NCBI GenBank assembly: GCA_013265495.1
Contig: MU058718.1
Coordinates: forward strand, 1,302,001-1,366,000
Reading direction: 5' to 3'
Source: Vicugna vicugna
Taxonomy: Eukaryota
Length of the DNA stretch: 64,000 bases
Position 1 is the first letter of the stretch; each line of letters opens with the position of its first letter. Under the pieces are notes generated by a model. It was not told the origin of the DNA, did no database searches, and saw only the letters and a list, made by a program, of their open reading frames with translations. Shown here piece by piece: positions 38,481 to 50,266 of the stretch. A program made the position numbers and the translations under genes.

Positions 38481-41400
38481 CCAAGTGCTAGCAGCACTTA
38501 GGAAGATGAGAGTCTATTGGGAGATGGGAAGGGAAGGGGCTGGGATAAGTGGACAGGGTGTACTTCCATAACAGAGTTTGCTGAGTGACTGTGGAACCAA
38601 ATCTTGCTCTGAAGTTCTAGCCAGAGAGGTGAAGAGAACTGGAATCCACTACAAGTAGAAGCAACCCTGTCTGAGGACTGTGAGAGAAATGATGTCTGAT
38701 AAAGGAATCAACATGAGATAGAGGAACAACTTTAGGAAAAATGTGGATGGCCAGTGGAGTCGGGGCTCTACAGGAAGCGATGATCAAGTTTGCTAGGGGG
38801 CTGGATATGGAGGAACTGGCTAGAGGAAGTATGAGGCCAAGCTTCATAGAACCCATGGTGAAGGAGGAGGTGACAGTGAAGGTCACCCAGGAGACAGGTG
38901 TGGGTAACAGGTGTGAAGGAGGCAGGGCTTGGCATCTAGCTGAGGGCATGCCTTTGGGAAAGAGTGCCAGTGTGACTTGTCCTGATATTATGAGAGTTTG
39001 AGGCAGCCTTATTCTGCAAACTCATTTCCCAGGCTATTAAGTCTTTCTGTAAATGGCTTTTTCCCTGATTTCCAAGGCACAGCAAATGGTGGAGGGAACA
39101 ATAGTTGTATATGTTGCTACAAATTTTTGCTTTTTACTGGACATACGATTTAAAATGGCTCTTGAAGGACATTTGCTGAAAGATGGGTTAGGAGGTTATT
39201 TGAATAACTTTTGGGATTTTGGCTCTGGGGTTAAAAAAGGAAGAGACAAAGAAAAATAGGACTGCAAAAGATTTGACGAAACTTGGAGGCAGACTGCATA
39301 TGAAGAATGAAGAAGCCAGAGAGATGCATGACTATTTCAGAGTTATAATTTTGGAAGACTATTTAGAGGATATCGTTGAATGAAATAGGTAAGGTAAAAG
39401 AATTTAGAGAGACAGAGAGAGAGAGGGAAAGGTAATTAAGAATTTGGGGGGGGGGCATTTCCTTTTCAATAGCAGAACAACATGTTTTATAACAGTTTTC
39501 ATAATGTAAACATCACCTTCACAGTTTTTGTCCCATATCTGCATACCATCTGTACTCTTATCTACTTAGCATTTATTTGATCAACATTTTTTAATCCTAA
39601 ATAGTTCCCATCCATGGAATCTTAAGTTTGATGCTCAGTTTACATGTATTCCTAAAATTCATGGGGAAAACCTAGGAATATTAAAGATGTTTGTATACAA
39701 CCTTTGGAAAATATCATTTTATCAGGTTGGAGAGAAGTATGACAGAGTGCCTTAGGACTGAGTGATGGTTCTTCCATGAGAACTTATAAACCCCCTAACA
39801 GAGTCATATAGAAGAAAAGGGTCTGTAAATAAACTTTACATGAATTTCCAAGGCAGTGATCAATGAGAAGTGGGTTATTGGAATGTGACATGGTCCAAGG
39901 ATCTGCAGGGATAAGAGGGTGTGTTTGAGGGGATCAACTTTATCTGGAGACATTTGTGGGAATGTTTTTAGGAGAGTGATAGAAAAACAGAAACCAGATC
40001 ATGGTAAACAAAGAGGAATGGACAAAGTGACCAAACTGTAGAGCTAGACTACCCATCCCAGGTGAGCTCTGAAGGTTAGTTTGCAAGGTCAGAAATATTT
40101 AACTTATAGTATTATTGTGAAGATTAATTGAATAATACACAAAGTTCTATGCACAGTGCCTGGCACATAGTTACCAGTAAATGACAGATGATGAAAAAAG
40201 GGTGATAGCAATGATAAAGTTATAGCCTTTTAAGAAAGGCTAGGTCCAAGAAGGAAGAGCTGGAGAAACTGCTGCCAGGGAGAGGATACAGGGCTTAGAG
40301 TCCTTTAGGGAGAAGAGAAGAGACTCACAACTGGAGCGGCAGTGGAGATCAGTGCTTCTGCAGATGCAGGCATCATCGTCTTCAGAACAGCAGGGAGGAG
40401 AGGAAAGAGGTGAGATAAGTACTCTGTTGAAATGAGAGTAGGAACAGCTCGAGGGACAGTGCTTGGGGTTCTTCTCTATGAGGGAGCTTGGAGAGAGATA
40501 GGATGAGGCTTTGGTGGAGCAGGAGTGGAGCTTGGGCGCTCTAAAGACTCTGAATATATTCTTTAGGGAATGGAACTAGGCTGGTGTCTTAAAATTCTGC
40601 ACTTGACTCAGATTTAGTAATTTGAAACTAGTGTGTTAAGACATTGAAAAGCAAGGATGATAATTTCAAATATAGGCCTATTTTAAAAGTTACAAAAAAC
40701 CATGAACTCTTAAGGATAGGTATGTATTTCAGCTCAAATCTCAAGGAATTTATGGTTTTAACTTTCAGAAAAACACCTAACAGTAACCTTGATGCAGTTA
40801 AGTATACATATATTTGCTGGGGTCAGAAATCTGGGTTATATACCTCACAATCACCCAGACTCCCAGAATGTGACTTAACACTCCAGAATCTGAGAAGTCT
40901 TCACATCACTGGGCAAACAGAAACCGGCTCTGCCCTCCGTGTGTTTTGAGTGAAAGTTCTCAGTGGCTGGTTCCGGTTTCTCAAGTGTCCAAAACTCTCT
41001 GACTGTTAAACCTTGGGGATGGGTTCCTTCAAGGTCAGTCACTACATTTTCATTCCAGAGATTTTCTTGTTCTTGAAAATGACCAGGCAAAGGGAGGGGC
41101 CTCTGACCTGGAGCATCTTTTCCTTTGGCCCAGGCACCCGTCATCCCATCATTTTGATTCCTGCTCCGTAGCCACGAAGACAAGGATGATGGATCTCCTT
41201 TTGGAACACAAAGCCGTTTGCTTGGAAAAACATCTAGTTTAGACAAACAATAAAAGCAGCCCGAGTGGGCCTTGGCTGCTCTCCTGGTGTTACGCTCATG
41301 CACATGCCTCTGGTGCTTGGCAGAGAATGTTTTCTGGTTGCACAAAACAGCAGACAACCCTTTGGGAATACTCATCCCCATCCCTGTTGTTCAAAAACAT

Positions 41401-41929
41401 AACTTGGAATTTAAGTTATTAGCCCAAAACAAGATGCAGATTTGACTCTCCTAATCTCAATGTCTAGGTATTGTAAAGAAGGATTTTTTTTCTTTTAATC
41501 TACTGATCTCTAGAGGAAAGAAGGGCGGGAGAGAGGATGGAACAGATGCTGTGTAAACACAGCTCTTTTCTGTTGAAAGATGTATCAACTCCACCACGCC
41601 GCCTCTACCGATCCCCGGCTGTTGGAAGTGATCTCTCTTCTCCTCTCAACTCCTGCTACACTTTGTTTCTTTTTACAGGGCATTTATCAGATTCTGTCTA
41701 GTATTGTAATTACTCGTGTTCATGTCTTGATTTTCATACTGGCATGGACTGTCTGATTTAACTTTGTTTTCTCCACAAATTCTACATGAATATTTTAATA
41801 GTCTATTCCCATGTAACTGCCTATTTTGATAGACATTCTTTTATTCAGACATTCGCTGAACACTTGAGTATATGTTGGTTCCTGAAAATAAGCTAATATT
41901 TTTGATCATTGGGCTAAGGACTCTATGCT

Positions 41930-42105
41930 TGTTTATCTCATCACAAAGTAATAACTATTATTTTCATCCTCTAAGTGAAGAAACAGAGACATAGAGAGAA
42001 CAGAAGCAATTTTCCAAGGGCCATGCAACCTGTGGATTGGCTGAGCCAAGATTCCAACCCACTCAGGCCCAGAGCCAATGTTCTTAACCACCAGGCCTTA
42101 CTGCC
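41930..42105 (-). mobile_element. MIR SINE relic
   Basis: gaagaaacagagacatagagag...tggctgagccaagattccaaccc...cagagccaatgttcttaaccacca. Confidence 0.75.
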
Positions 42106-45063
42106 TGTAGGTGTTGACTCCAGAACTAGGATTAGGTAAGCAAAGATGAAAAACATCTGGCCCCTAAATCAAGTATTTCACATTCTAGTGGAAAAGACAG
42201 ACCTGTGAGAACATCTTATGGATATAGACTGATTGGCTGCCGTGATGGTGCTGTGGAGAAAGGACCAAAGCCCAGGAAAAGGGCCGCCTCCAGGTTGCAG
42301 GGTCCTCAGGAGAGGGCTTAGGGGGAATATGGATTTCCTTCACCTGCCAGGACCTGTCTCAGCATCAGCAGTAACTCTCTTGGTAGGAGGGATAAGTGGA
42401 TAAGTAGATTTTTTAAAGACCATTTTTGAATTCACTCCCTTTGCTGCAAAAGAGGAACTGAAATAAAGAACTTAAGTGATTGGCTCCATATACACGACTA
42501 ATTAATTGCCCACTCAAGACAGAACAGAAAGGGTAACTATCAAAATCTTGTTGCAAATCTGTGTTTTTCCTGAAGATTCATTTAGAAGAAAAAGCTGAGA
42601 GTAAAGAAGATGTAAGAAATGATCATGTGTTATGAGGTGTAGAAAAATCAATGAAGAAACAAAAACGTCTAGAACCATAAATGTTGCACTGGTATTTCTG
42701 ACTTTGAAGAAAAGTATAAAAATAAGACTCGCCCCCTTTCCCTCGTTTTCCTCTGCCGCCCTCCCCTCCTACACACAACATCTCTAGATGCTTCTGGCAG
42801 AACTGGGAAGCTGTTAGGCTTGGTTTCTGTGCTCTGGACCCCGAATACAGTCTGCCTCATTGCTGGTTTTCCAAGGGGATGTAAATCCAAGTGCTTATTG
42901 TTCTTTTACAAGCTTACCTCAGGTTTTCACTGTCTACTTCTGTTAAAACAGGTGCTATTTGGCCAGGCAGAATATTACAAACACCGGTTCATTCTCTAGT
43001 GATTTAAGTTACAACCACTTAGGTACATTTCCCTGACCTCCCCATGCTCTAGGTTAATTTTAACCTCTGCCTTTTTCCCCCGGTTATTCTGTCTCCCAGG
43101 ATTTCCCCCTCATTTCCACTCATTTAATTCGTCGCTCCTTGCAATACAGGGTAGGAATTCTACCTGTCCCATGAAGTGTGCCTGAATTACTGTTCCAAAG
43201 TGGGTTCCAGAGAACATGATTCCCTGAGGAGTTTCCTGAAAGCTGGGCTCCGGGATCAGAGGAGCTTGGAAAATGTCTCTTATACTTAAATACTACCTCT
43301 TATCGGATCTATAGAATTTATAATCTGTATCTCAAATTCGAACATTCATTCATTGTGCATGTAAGATTAAATATCTGTTACGAATTAAACATACACATTG
43401 CTGATGCCTGGAGTTAAAATTGTTTCCTCATCATAAGTAAGTCTGGCCTATTTACCCAGATTTCATACTCTTGGAAAGTCAGAACAGGTCTTATTTTGTA
43501 TTATACTATTTTTAACACTGAGTACATTTCTGTGGAAATAGTAGAGTCTTGATAAACAATTGTTGGTTAGTTTGTTGGTTAAGTAAGTAAATGTGCATTA
43601 AGTTCATCAGTGAAAATTGATTGTATCCTATTCCTGACAGCTGCTCTTCAGAGAGCACACCATTGATGGCACTTGTGGTGTTTCTAACAAACCCTTCATA
43701 GAACGTGTGAGGTATATTTGCATTTTGTGACCGGCCCAAGTAGCAATGGCCAACATAAGAAAAATACCAATTTTCTAATTTTGGAGTGTCCACCAGAATG
43801 CACAGTAGACAGGGAAAAACACCACAGTTACCCCCTTTTCATCCTCCTCTACAGAAATCCATCCTCTGTCACTCTTGTCAGCTTATAATCACATATGACA
43901 CAGTTGAGTTCATTGGCTGAATTTGGGTTGTTCTCATTAAATTCCTAAATCGTGGACTATTTTTGTCTAAAAGGCATCTTCTGGTGAAGACAGTGCAGAA
44001 GACACTGCGAAGTGAACCATACGATTCTCCCATCCCCAGGATGTCTGCCTAGGAACCAGATCCACACCCGGTGATTAATACCGTCTGTCCAACACATTCC
44101 TTGTTGGGAGGCTGGGTGTCAGGAGAGAAGGATTTATTATGCCCTGAGATGTTCATGAACACACTCCAGGGACAGATGTGGTAAAGGCAGGACTGAAAAC
44201 GCTTGGTGAGAGTATCCCAGTTATTCTGTAAGGAACTTGTCAAACTTTAAGTGAAGCAGAAGGTTTTTATGGTTTCCACCCTGCTTTCCTTAAGTGGCAT
44301 GTCAGTTATGTTACTGGAGTTAATGCTTCCAAATTTGAATGCTTGAGTGCAGCTCTGTCTTTAAGTATTTGTCAGGGAAAAAAAAAAAAGAATAAGAAAA
44401 AGGCCATTTGAGGCTTGGCAGAACCTTCATATACAAGGTTCAAGAAAAGAAAGTATTTCTGCATTGCACTTCTGAGAAGCTGAAAGGACCTGCGGAAGAC
44501 CTTTCAAACCGATCATAAATTGGAATTCAAACCATTGAAGAATTACTACAGAATCTTGATTCAGAGCCCACTTGAATCTAGCGTTTCCCTTATCATGGCC
44601 TTTCTCAGTGTGTCCCTTCACACCGTATAGATGGTTCTTTCTGTATGAGAAAGGTGCCTGATGCTTCCTGTTGCTGTTGACTGGAGAATTAAAAGCAAAA
44701 ATTGCCCCAAATTTCAAGCATGCACTATGCAGGCAGGTTGAGAGAAGGACTTTCTGCCAGTAGAGCCTGTTAAACAGTAGAGTGCGATGCTAAGAACGGA
44801 GTTGAGGGAGGGAGGCTGTGAGTTGCCTGCTCAGGAAGACTGGGACTGAAATAGACCTGTTACTGGTCCTCATCACCTGAAGTGCTCTGCTTTCTCCTCA
44901 GCTGTCTCAATCCCTCTGTCAAGGATAGTTCAAGCCCTCAGTGAACCTTCCTAGACTGCCATCTCTAATGGCAGTATAAAGGAAGCAAGGACGGGGTTGG
45001 GCGTTTCCACTGTGTTAATCTTTGATAAATCCATTGAGAACAAGGTCCATGCTGCAGCAGAGA

Positions 45064-45250
45064 CAGTTTCCCCCAAAGTGTGGCCCTTTAACCACCTGCA
45101 TCAGCATCACCCGAGAAGCCTTTAAAATGCATATTCCCAGGCCCCATGCCAAACCTTCAGAATCAGCATCTCAGGGAGCAGACCTGGGAACATGCATTTA
45201 AATAGATTCCCCACAGGCTTTTGATACCCTCTGAGCTTCTGACTTAGGGG
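45064..45250. mobile_element. MER5A hAT-Charlie MITE
   Basis: caaagtgtggccc...cacctgcatcagcatcacc...ttaaaatgcatattcccaggcccca...gaatcagcatctc. Confidence 0.85.
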
Positions 45251-46629
45251 TTTGAATTACCTGTTCCCCTTGTAGTTGCAGTTGTTTGGTGCTTCTGAAA
45301 ATGAGGCAAAGGGAAGCGGAGAAGGTGGTGGAGGAGCAGATGGAGACTAGACCCACCAGAATGGGGGCTCTGTGGTCGTCAACCGTGTGGCTTAGAGAGG
45401 GGCTGTGGGGAAGGGATTACACACTTGGGGCCTGTGTGTGTATTTCATTTGGACCACACGGCATTTAATATTTGGAAAAGTAGGAATGCCTTCATGTGGG
45501 TTGTCTTCTTCCCCACAGCCGCACCCCTGCCTGCTCCCCCCTTGCCTCTGAAGGCGTTTGATCACCATCTTCCAGGGAGGGTGGCAGATCTAATGTCAAA
45601 TGGCCTATTGCCTTCTTGTCTTTAAATCATGAAATATAAACTTGTTCATAAAAGTTGGTCCTCAGGAGAGTAACAGGCTTTTTTCTTTGATTTGTCTTCA
45701 AGCTGAAGTTACCTTTGTTTTCTTGACTTGCTGGAAGGGACTGATGAAAAAGTACCTAGCAAAGTGTTTTTGTGCAGTGCATGTCTCGATAAATAATTTT
45801 TGCATGAACAAAAGAGTAATGTGGTACAGCTGACAGTTTCGTTTGGGGCTGTTTTCTCTTATCCTCCCATCCCTTGAGCCCTTCCAGACTTCAGCCTCCC
45901 CAAAGTGGCGGAGGATGCCAACGACCTGGGTCTTTCATTCACCTGTTTCGAGTGGGACAGGTGCAGCCCAGATCTTTCTCCAACTTTGTTTCAAATTCTC
46001 TGTGAAATAAAGGCACAGCTCTCAGGTCTGTCGGAGAGGCCTTTATATGCTGTTCATTCCTGAATGTTTTCACGTAAACATTTTAATTTGCGGCAAATCT
46101 GTTTGTTTGTTGTGTTTGTCAAGTTAATGTAAACTGTAGTCCATTAGGCCTTGAGATGAGTCTACTAAATATTTTCAGATGTTTTTTATTTTCTCAGCTA
46201 AGAGCTGGATTTGAACCAGAGCTCAGGGGTGAAAGGGCAACGTGTAATATACTGAGACATGAAGTTCGACATATGAAATAAAATAATGTAATGTTTTTAA
46301 TATTTAAGATGAAAAAAAGCAGCAATAAAACATTGTGGAAGGAGGAAAACATGAATACCTGTATATTTTAATTTTAAATGCCTGCAGATGTTGAACTTTA
46401 ATCAGAGCATGTCAGATTCTGACTCTGACAAAGGCAAAAATGTGAGATCTGTTTTCTTGAATTGCTTCCACATTTCATGCTTCAGATTTTTATTACATAT
46501 AGCACTGCATCATCATATATTTATGTAAAATGCCAGCATCCATTGACTTAGCTTGTGCATGATGGTTAACATATAAAACTTTATGCAGTAAAGGAAAGGC
46601 CCCTTCTTTCTCTCCCCGGCATAGATTCT

Positions 46630-46770
46630 CTCTGTGACCTTGTTGTAAGGAAGGCATTTAACCCCTCTGTGTTTCAGTTTCCATAATCTCAAAATAAGAA
46701 CCATCACTCTTTTTTCTTCTTAAACTCCATGGGTATTGCAAGGCTTATTTGAAATAGTGATTGATCTATA
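46630..46770 (+). mobile_element. MIR core relic
   Basis: catttaacccctctgtgtttcagtttccataatctcaaaataagaa. Confidence 0.6.
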
Positions 46771-46959
46771 TACATATTGTACAACATAACAGTATCATAC
46801 ATATCTATATGTGTGTATATATATTTCCTTAGATTGAAAAAGCAAAAAACCAGACAGGTATGTATTAAAATTTAAAGTAAAGATACTTTTAGATTTTATG
46901 CATATTTGTGAAATAGTTTTTATTTCTGTATTTTCTACATAATATTTCTTAAAGCAGTG

Positions 46960-47051
46960 TGAAAGTCAATGACCTTAAATTTCACACTGTAATTCTACTA
47001 AACAATGAAAGTCAATGACCTTAAATTTCACACTGTAATTCTACTAAACAA
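46960..47051. repeat. Perfect 46-bp tandem duplication
   Basis: tgaaagtcaatgaccttaaatttcacactgtaattctactaaacaa x2 (46960-47005 and 47006-47051). Confidence 0.97.
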
Positions 47052-47054
47052 TGG

Positions 47055-47110
47055 ATATATATATATATATAAATTTATATATATATATTTATATATATAT
47101 ATAAAATATA
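47055..47110. repeat. Interrupted (TA)n microsatellite
   Basis: Seen directly in the sequence. Confidence 0.9.
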
Positions 47111-47273
47111 GTTTAAAGAAATATCTATAAGTTCCTATTATATGTTTCTTTAAACAGCTTGAATGTTACAGGTAGGGAAAGGAGAAACTGTTGATTTGGT
47201 AGAAGATATTCAATGTAAGGTCAGTCCTCATCTGGGTTCTTGCTACTAGGGTCTTTAAGGCTGTATGACTCTA

Positions 47274-47437
47274 GTGGGGAGGTATAGCTCAAGTGGTAGA
47301 GTGCATGTCTAGCATGCATGAGGTCCTGGGTTCAATCCCCAATATCTCTTCTAAAAATAAACAAGTAAACCTAATTACCTTGCCCCCGCAAATAAAAAAA
47401 ATTAAAAATTGAATGGTTTAAAAAAATTGCAAAAAAA
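47274..47437 (+). mobile_element. tRNA-Ala-derived SINE (camelid vic-1-like)
   Basis: ggggaggtatagctcaagtggtagagtgcatgtctagcatgcatgaggtcctgggttcaatcccc with A and B boxes; A-rich tail; 17-bp TSD aaggctgtatgactcta (47257-47273) / aaggctacatgactcta (47438-47454). Confidence 0.9.
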
Positions 47438-50266
47438 AAGGCTACATGACTCTATATTTCTGGTCCTGTTAAATCTTCTTATGGTCTCTTTTCACTTCGG
47501 GAATCCTTCCTCTTGCCTTCTAAGGGGGTCTGTGTTGACTTGTAGGAAATAGTCATCCATCAAATGGCATGTGCATATCAAGGCTGAGCTCTGCCTTCAA
47601 CAAGCCCCCTTGATTCTTCTGATATAAGATTCATTTCTCCCTTATCATTGTTCCCTTAAGCCTTTGCAGTTCCATTCCTGTGCTTCACAGGAACATAGGA
47701 TCCTAGGCTGAAAGGTACTTGAGAAGTAGTAAGTCCAAGCTCTCAACCCCCATCTAATGATCTCTTCATTTGTTCATGCATGCATTTATTCATCTAATAT
47801 TGGCTCTCTGGCCACTGAAACATAGTAGACATAACATTAAAAAATTATTGCAGAAAAGCCACACCTTCATGAAGATGGAGAGCAAAGAATCCCACTCTCA
47901 ACTGGCCCCTAGGCAACCCAGGTCTATCTTTTCACACATCCTTGATCAGCTTACTCTTCCTTTCTCTATTGGGGCTAAACCAGTCTTTGATTATGCTTAT
48001 CAAAATCTGTATTCCCATGCCCACTGCCGTGTTACTTTTTCAGGAGTTTGAATAGTGATCCTTGGTGATTTAATTATGTCAATAAATGAGCCATGGCAAT
48101 TTCATGAAGATCATTGGTGTTATGTAACCACATTATCTTACAAGTGAAAAAAACCTGAAGTCTAAAGGAGTTATATGACTTGCACGGTCACATGGCTGGT
48201 TTAGGGGTTGACCCTGGAGGAGGCTGTAGATAATCTTCTGTCCATTAGGCCATTCTGATTGCATAAATGTGTCCCACTGTAAAACACTGCCATAGAAAAT
48301 ATCAACTTTCTGTACTAGATCAAGGGCTGTGACTAACTTAGAGTATACACACTCACTAAAGATTGCTTCTGTCTGTGCCCCCTGTCTTTCCTGATGCAGT
48401 TTGTTATAAATAAAATGTCAAATGTTTACAGTGCTCTTAGGCTTAAAAGTAGAGAACAAACAAAGATATAGAAGTTAATGTAAAGAAAGACTCTAAAGCA
48501 GTAACAGAAAATATCTTCTACCTTGAGGACCAATTTTCCTATCATATTTCTGAATTTCATATCGTGATTCCTGAAACTCTACTGAAGTGTCTGTTACATG
48601 AATTACATGTACATGAATTAATGATTAAAGGCAAATCTGAGGCCATCCCCTTCCATCCAAGATGGAATGTCAAAGACTAGTTTTACTGTCCTCCCCGAAG
48701 CAACCAAAAAAGGGACACAAAGGATGAGAACACAACATTGTAAGCTCAGGGCTTCTCCCTAAATCATTCATAGCTGTCACCATGTTTGTTTCAGTGACAG
48801 TGATAATTACACAATCTTTTTCTCAACTGTTTCACTCTATAAATATTTCTTCAATCAGATTCACTAAGTTTGCTGTGTGACACTCCGAAGTCTCTTGGCA
48901 GCCGAGTAAAGCAGATGCAGAGTTGAATTCATCATTAATCTCTGGGTCTGTCTGTCACACTTTAAAAAAAGACTTGTGGTACTGTCTGCGTGTCCTGAAA
49001 TGGATATACAAAAATATACAGAAGTGTCACATTTATTAACTATTACTAATCTTTTAGTGCACAGAAGTATACTACACCAACTTTTTTCCTCAGTCACTTG
49101 TTTTCTAAAAGTAACTTTCTTAGGATACTTAACTTGGATAAATCTCAACGCTCTGTTACCTTCAACTATTAAAAAAGATTAGTAGAACGCAGAGTGGTTT
49201 GCTTGTTCTTCAGAAGAGCTTCTTTCCTTGGCTCATGACTGGTTCTCAATGGACAGCAGAAGCCGTGCTGTGGCTGGAGAAGTGACCTAAGACTTTAGCA
49301 TCAGGTGTGAACCAGGCATACTGCTCGTGTATCCATGGGTGGGAAAGCGCCCACAAACAGCTGGCCTCTAAGGGTCTTGGAAAAGAGCCCTCTCTACTGG
49401 TGGTGTGATAAAATCTCGCCTTCCCACACCCAGGACCCTTGTGTTTCAAGACTCATGGTTCCCAGAAGTCAACTGAGCTTCTGATCCAGAAGCTGCCTTT
49501 CCAGAAGTGGGTGAGGGAAATGGCCCAGGATTTTGAAACTGGATGCTAGTGAAGCGTACCAGGTGGGTTTACTTGAAGGTCCTGATCTGTGTCCCATCCA
49601 TGCTGAGAGATACCATCAGGCCCAAAGATACCCAGCTGCCTTGCTGGACAGAGGGAAAGAGAATTTAAAGGGGGCAACCTGTAAGGTGTTTGTATTCTGT
49701 AAAATACTTTGGTTTAATTTATGACTTTTCTGTAAGACATTGTTTATAATATGTTGTATTTGTACTTAAGTCATTCCGTCTTACTCAGGATGCATGCGAA
49801 AAGTGTTCTCAGCCCTCTGTGATGTGAGCACTGCTGTTCAGCAGTGACAAGGTGCTGATACCAGAAGGGATGGGTGATATTTCTTGCTTCTCATAATGGA
49901 TGCATCTTCTGTATGTTAAGCGCTTGTTGGGTAGCTATTAAGGTACTAAAATTGACAGGTATGTATAGGTTTCTTTTGCAAGAAAACTGCTTATGACTTA
50001 AAAAATACCAAAAAAAGTGATTAGTAAATTATTTCAAAAATATTTTTATTTATAAAAGGTAGCATCCATAGAATTAAAAAATAAGGAATTATTTCCTTAA
50101 AGCCTTCTTTAAAAAAAATTTAACCTGTGGGGGGAAATGTATGATTGGGGTAACTCATTCTTCACTGACATTTTCTTCATATTTACTCATACTCTTCTTA
50201 AATCTGGGATCAAAGTTGATTTAAAGTTTATATGGTTGTTACTTCAGAGTTTATCCTTCTCATGAC

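Noticed and set aside
40875..41381. 168-aa minus-strand ORF
   Set aside because: No recognisable domain or exon structure; likely chance.
26988..47051. Short direct repeats considered as CRISPR-like arrays
   Set aside because: Each has only two adjacent copies with no spacers, in a eukaryotic context.
47276..47350. Functional tRNA-Ala gene
   Set aside because: Acceptor stem is disrupted, and the A-rich tail and TSD show it is a retroposed SINE.
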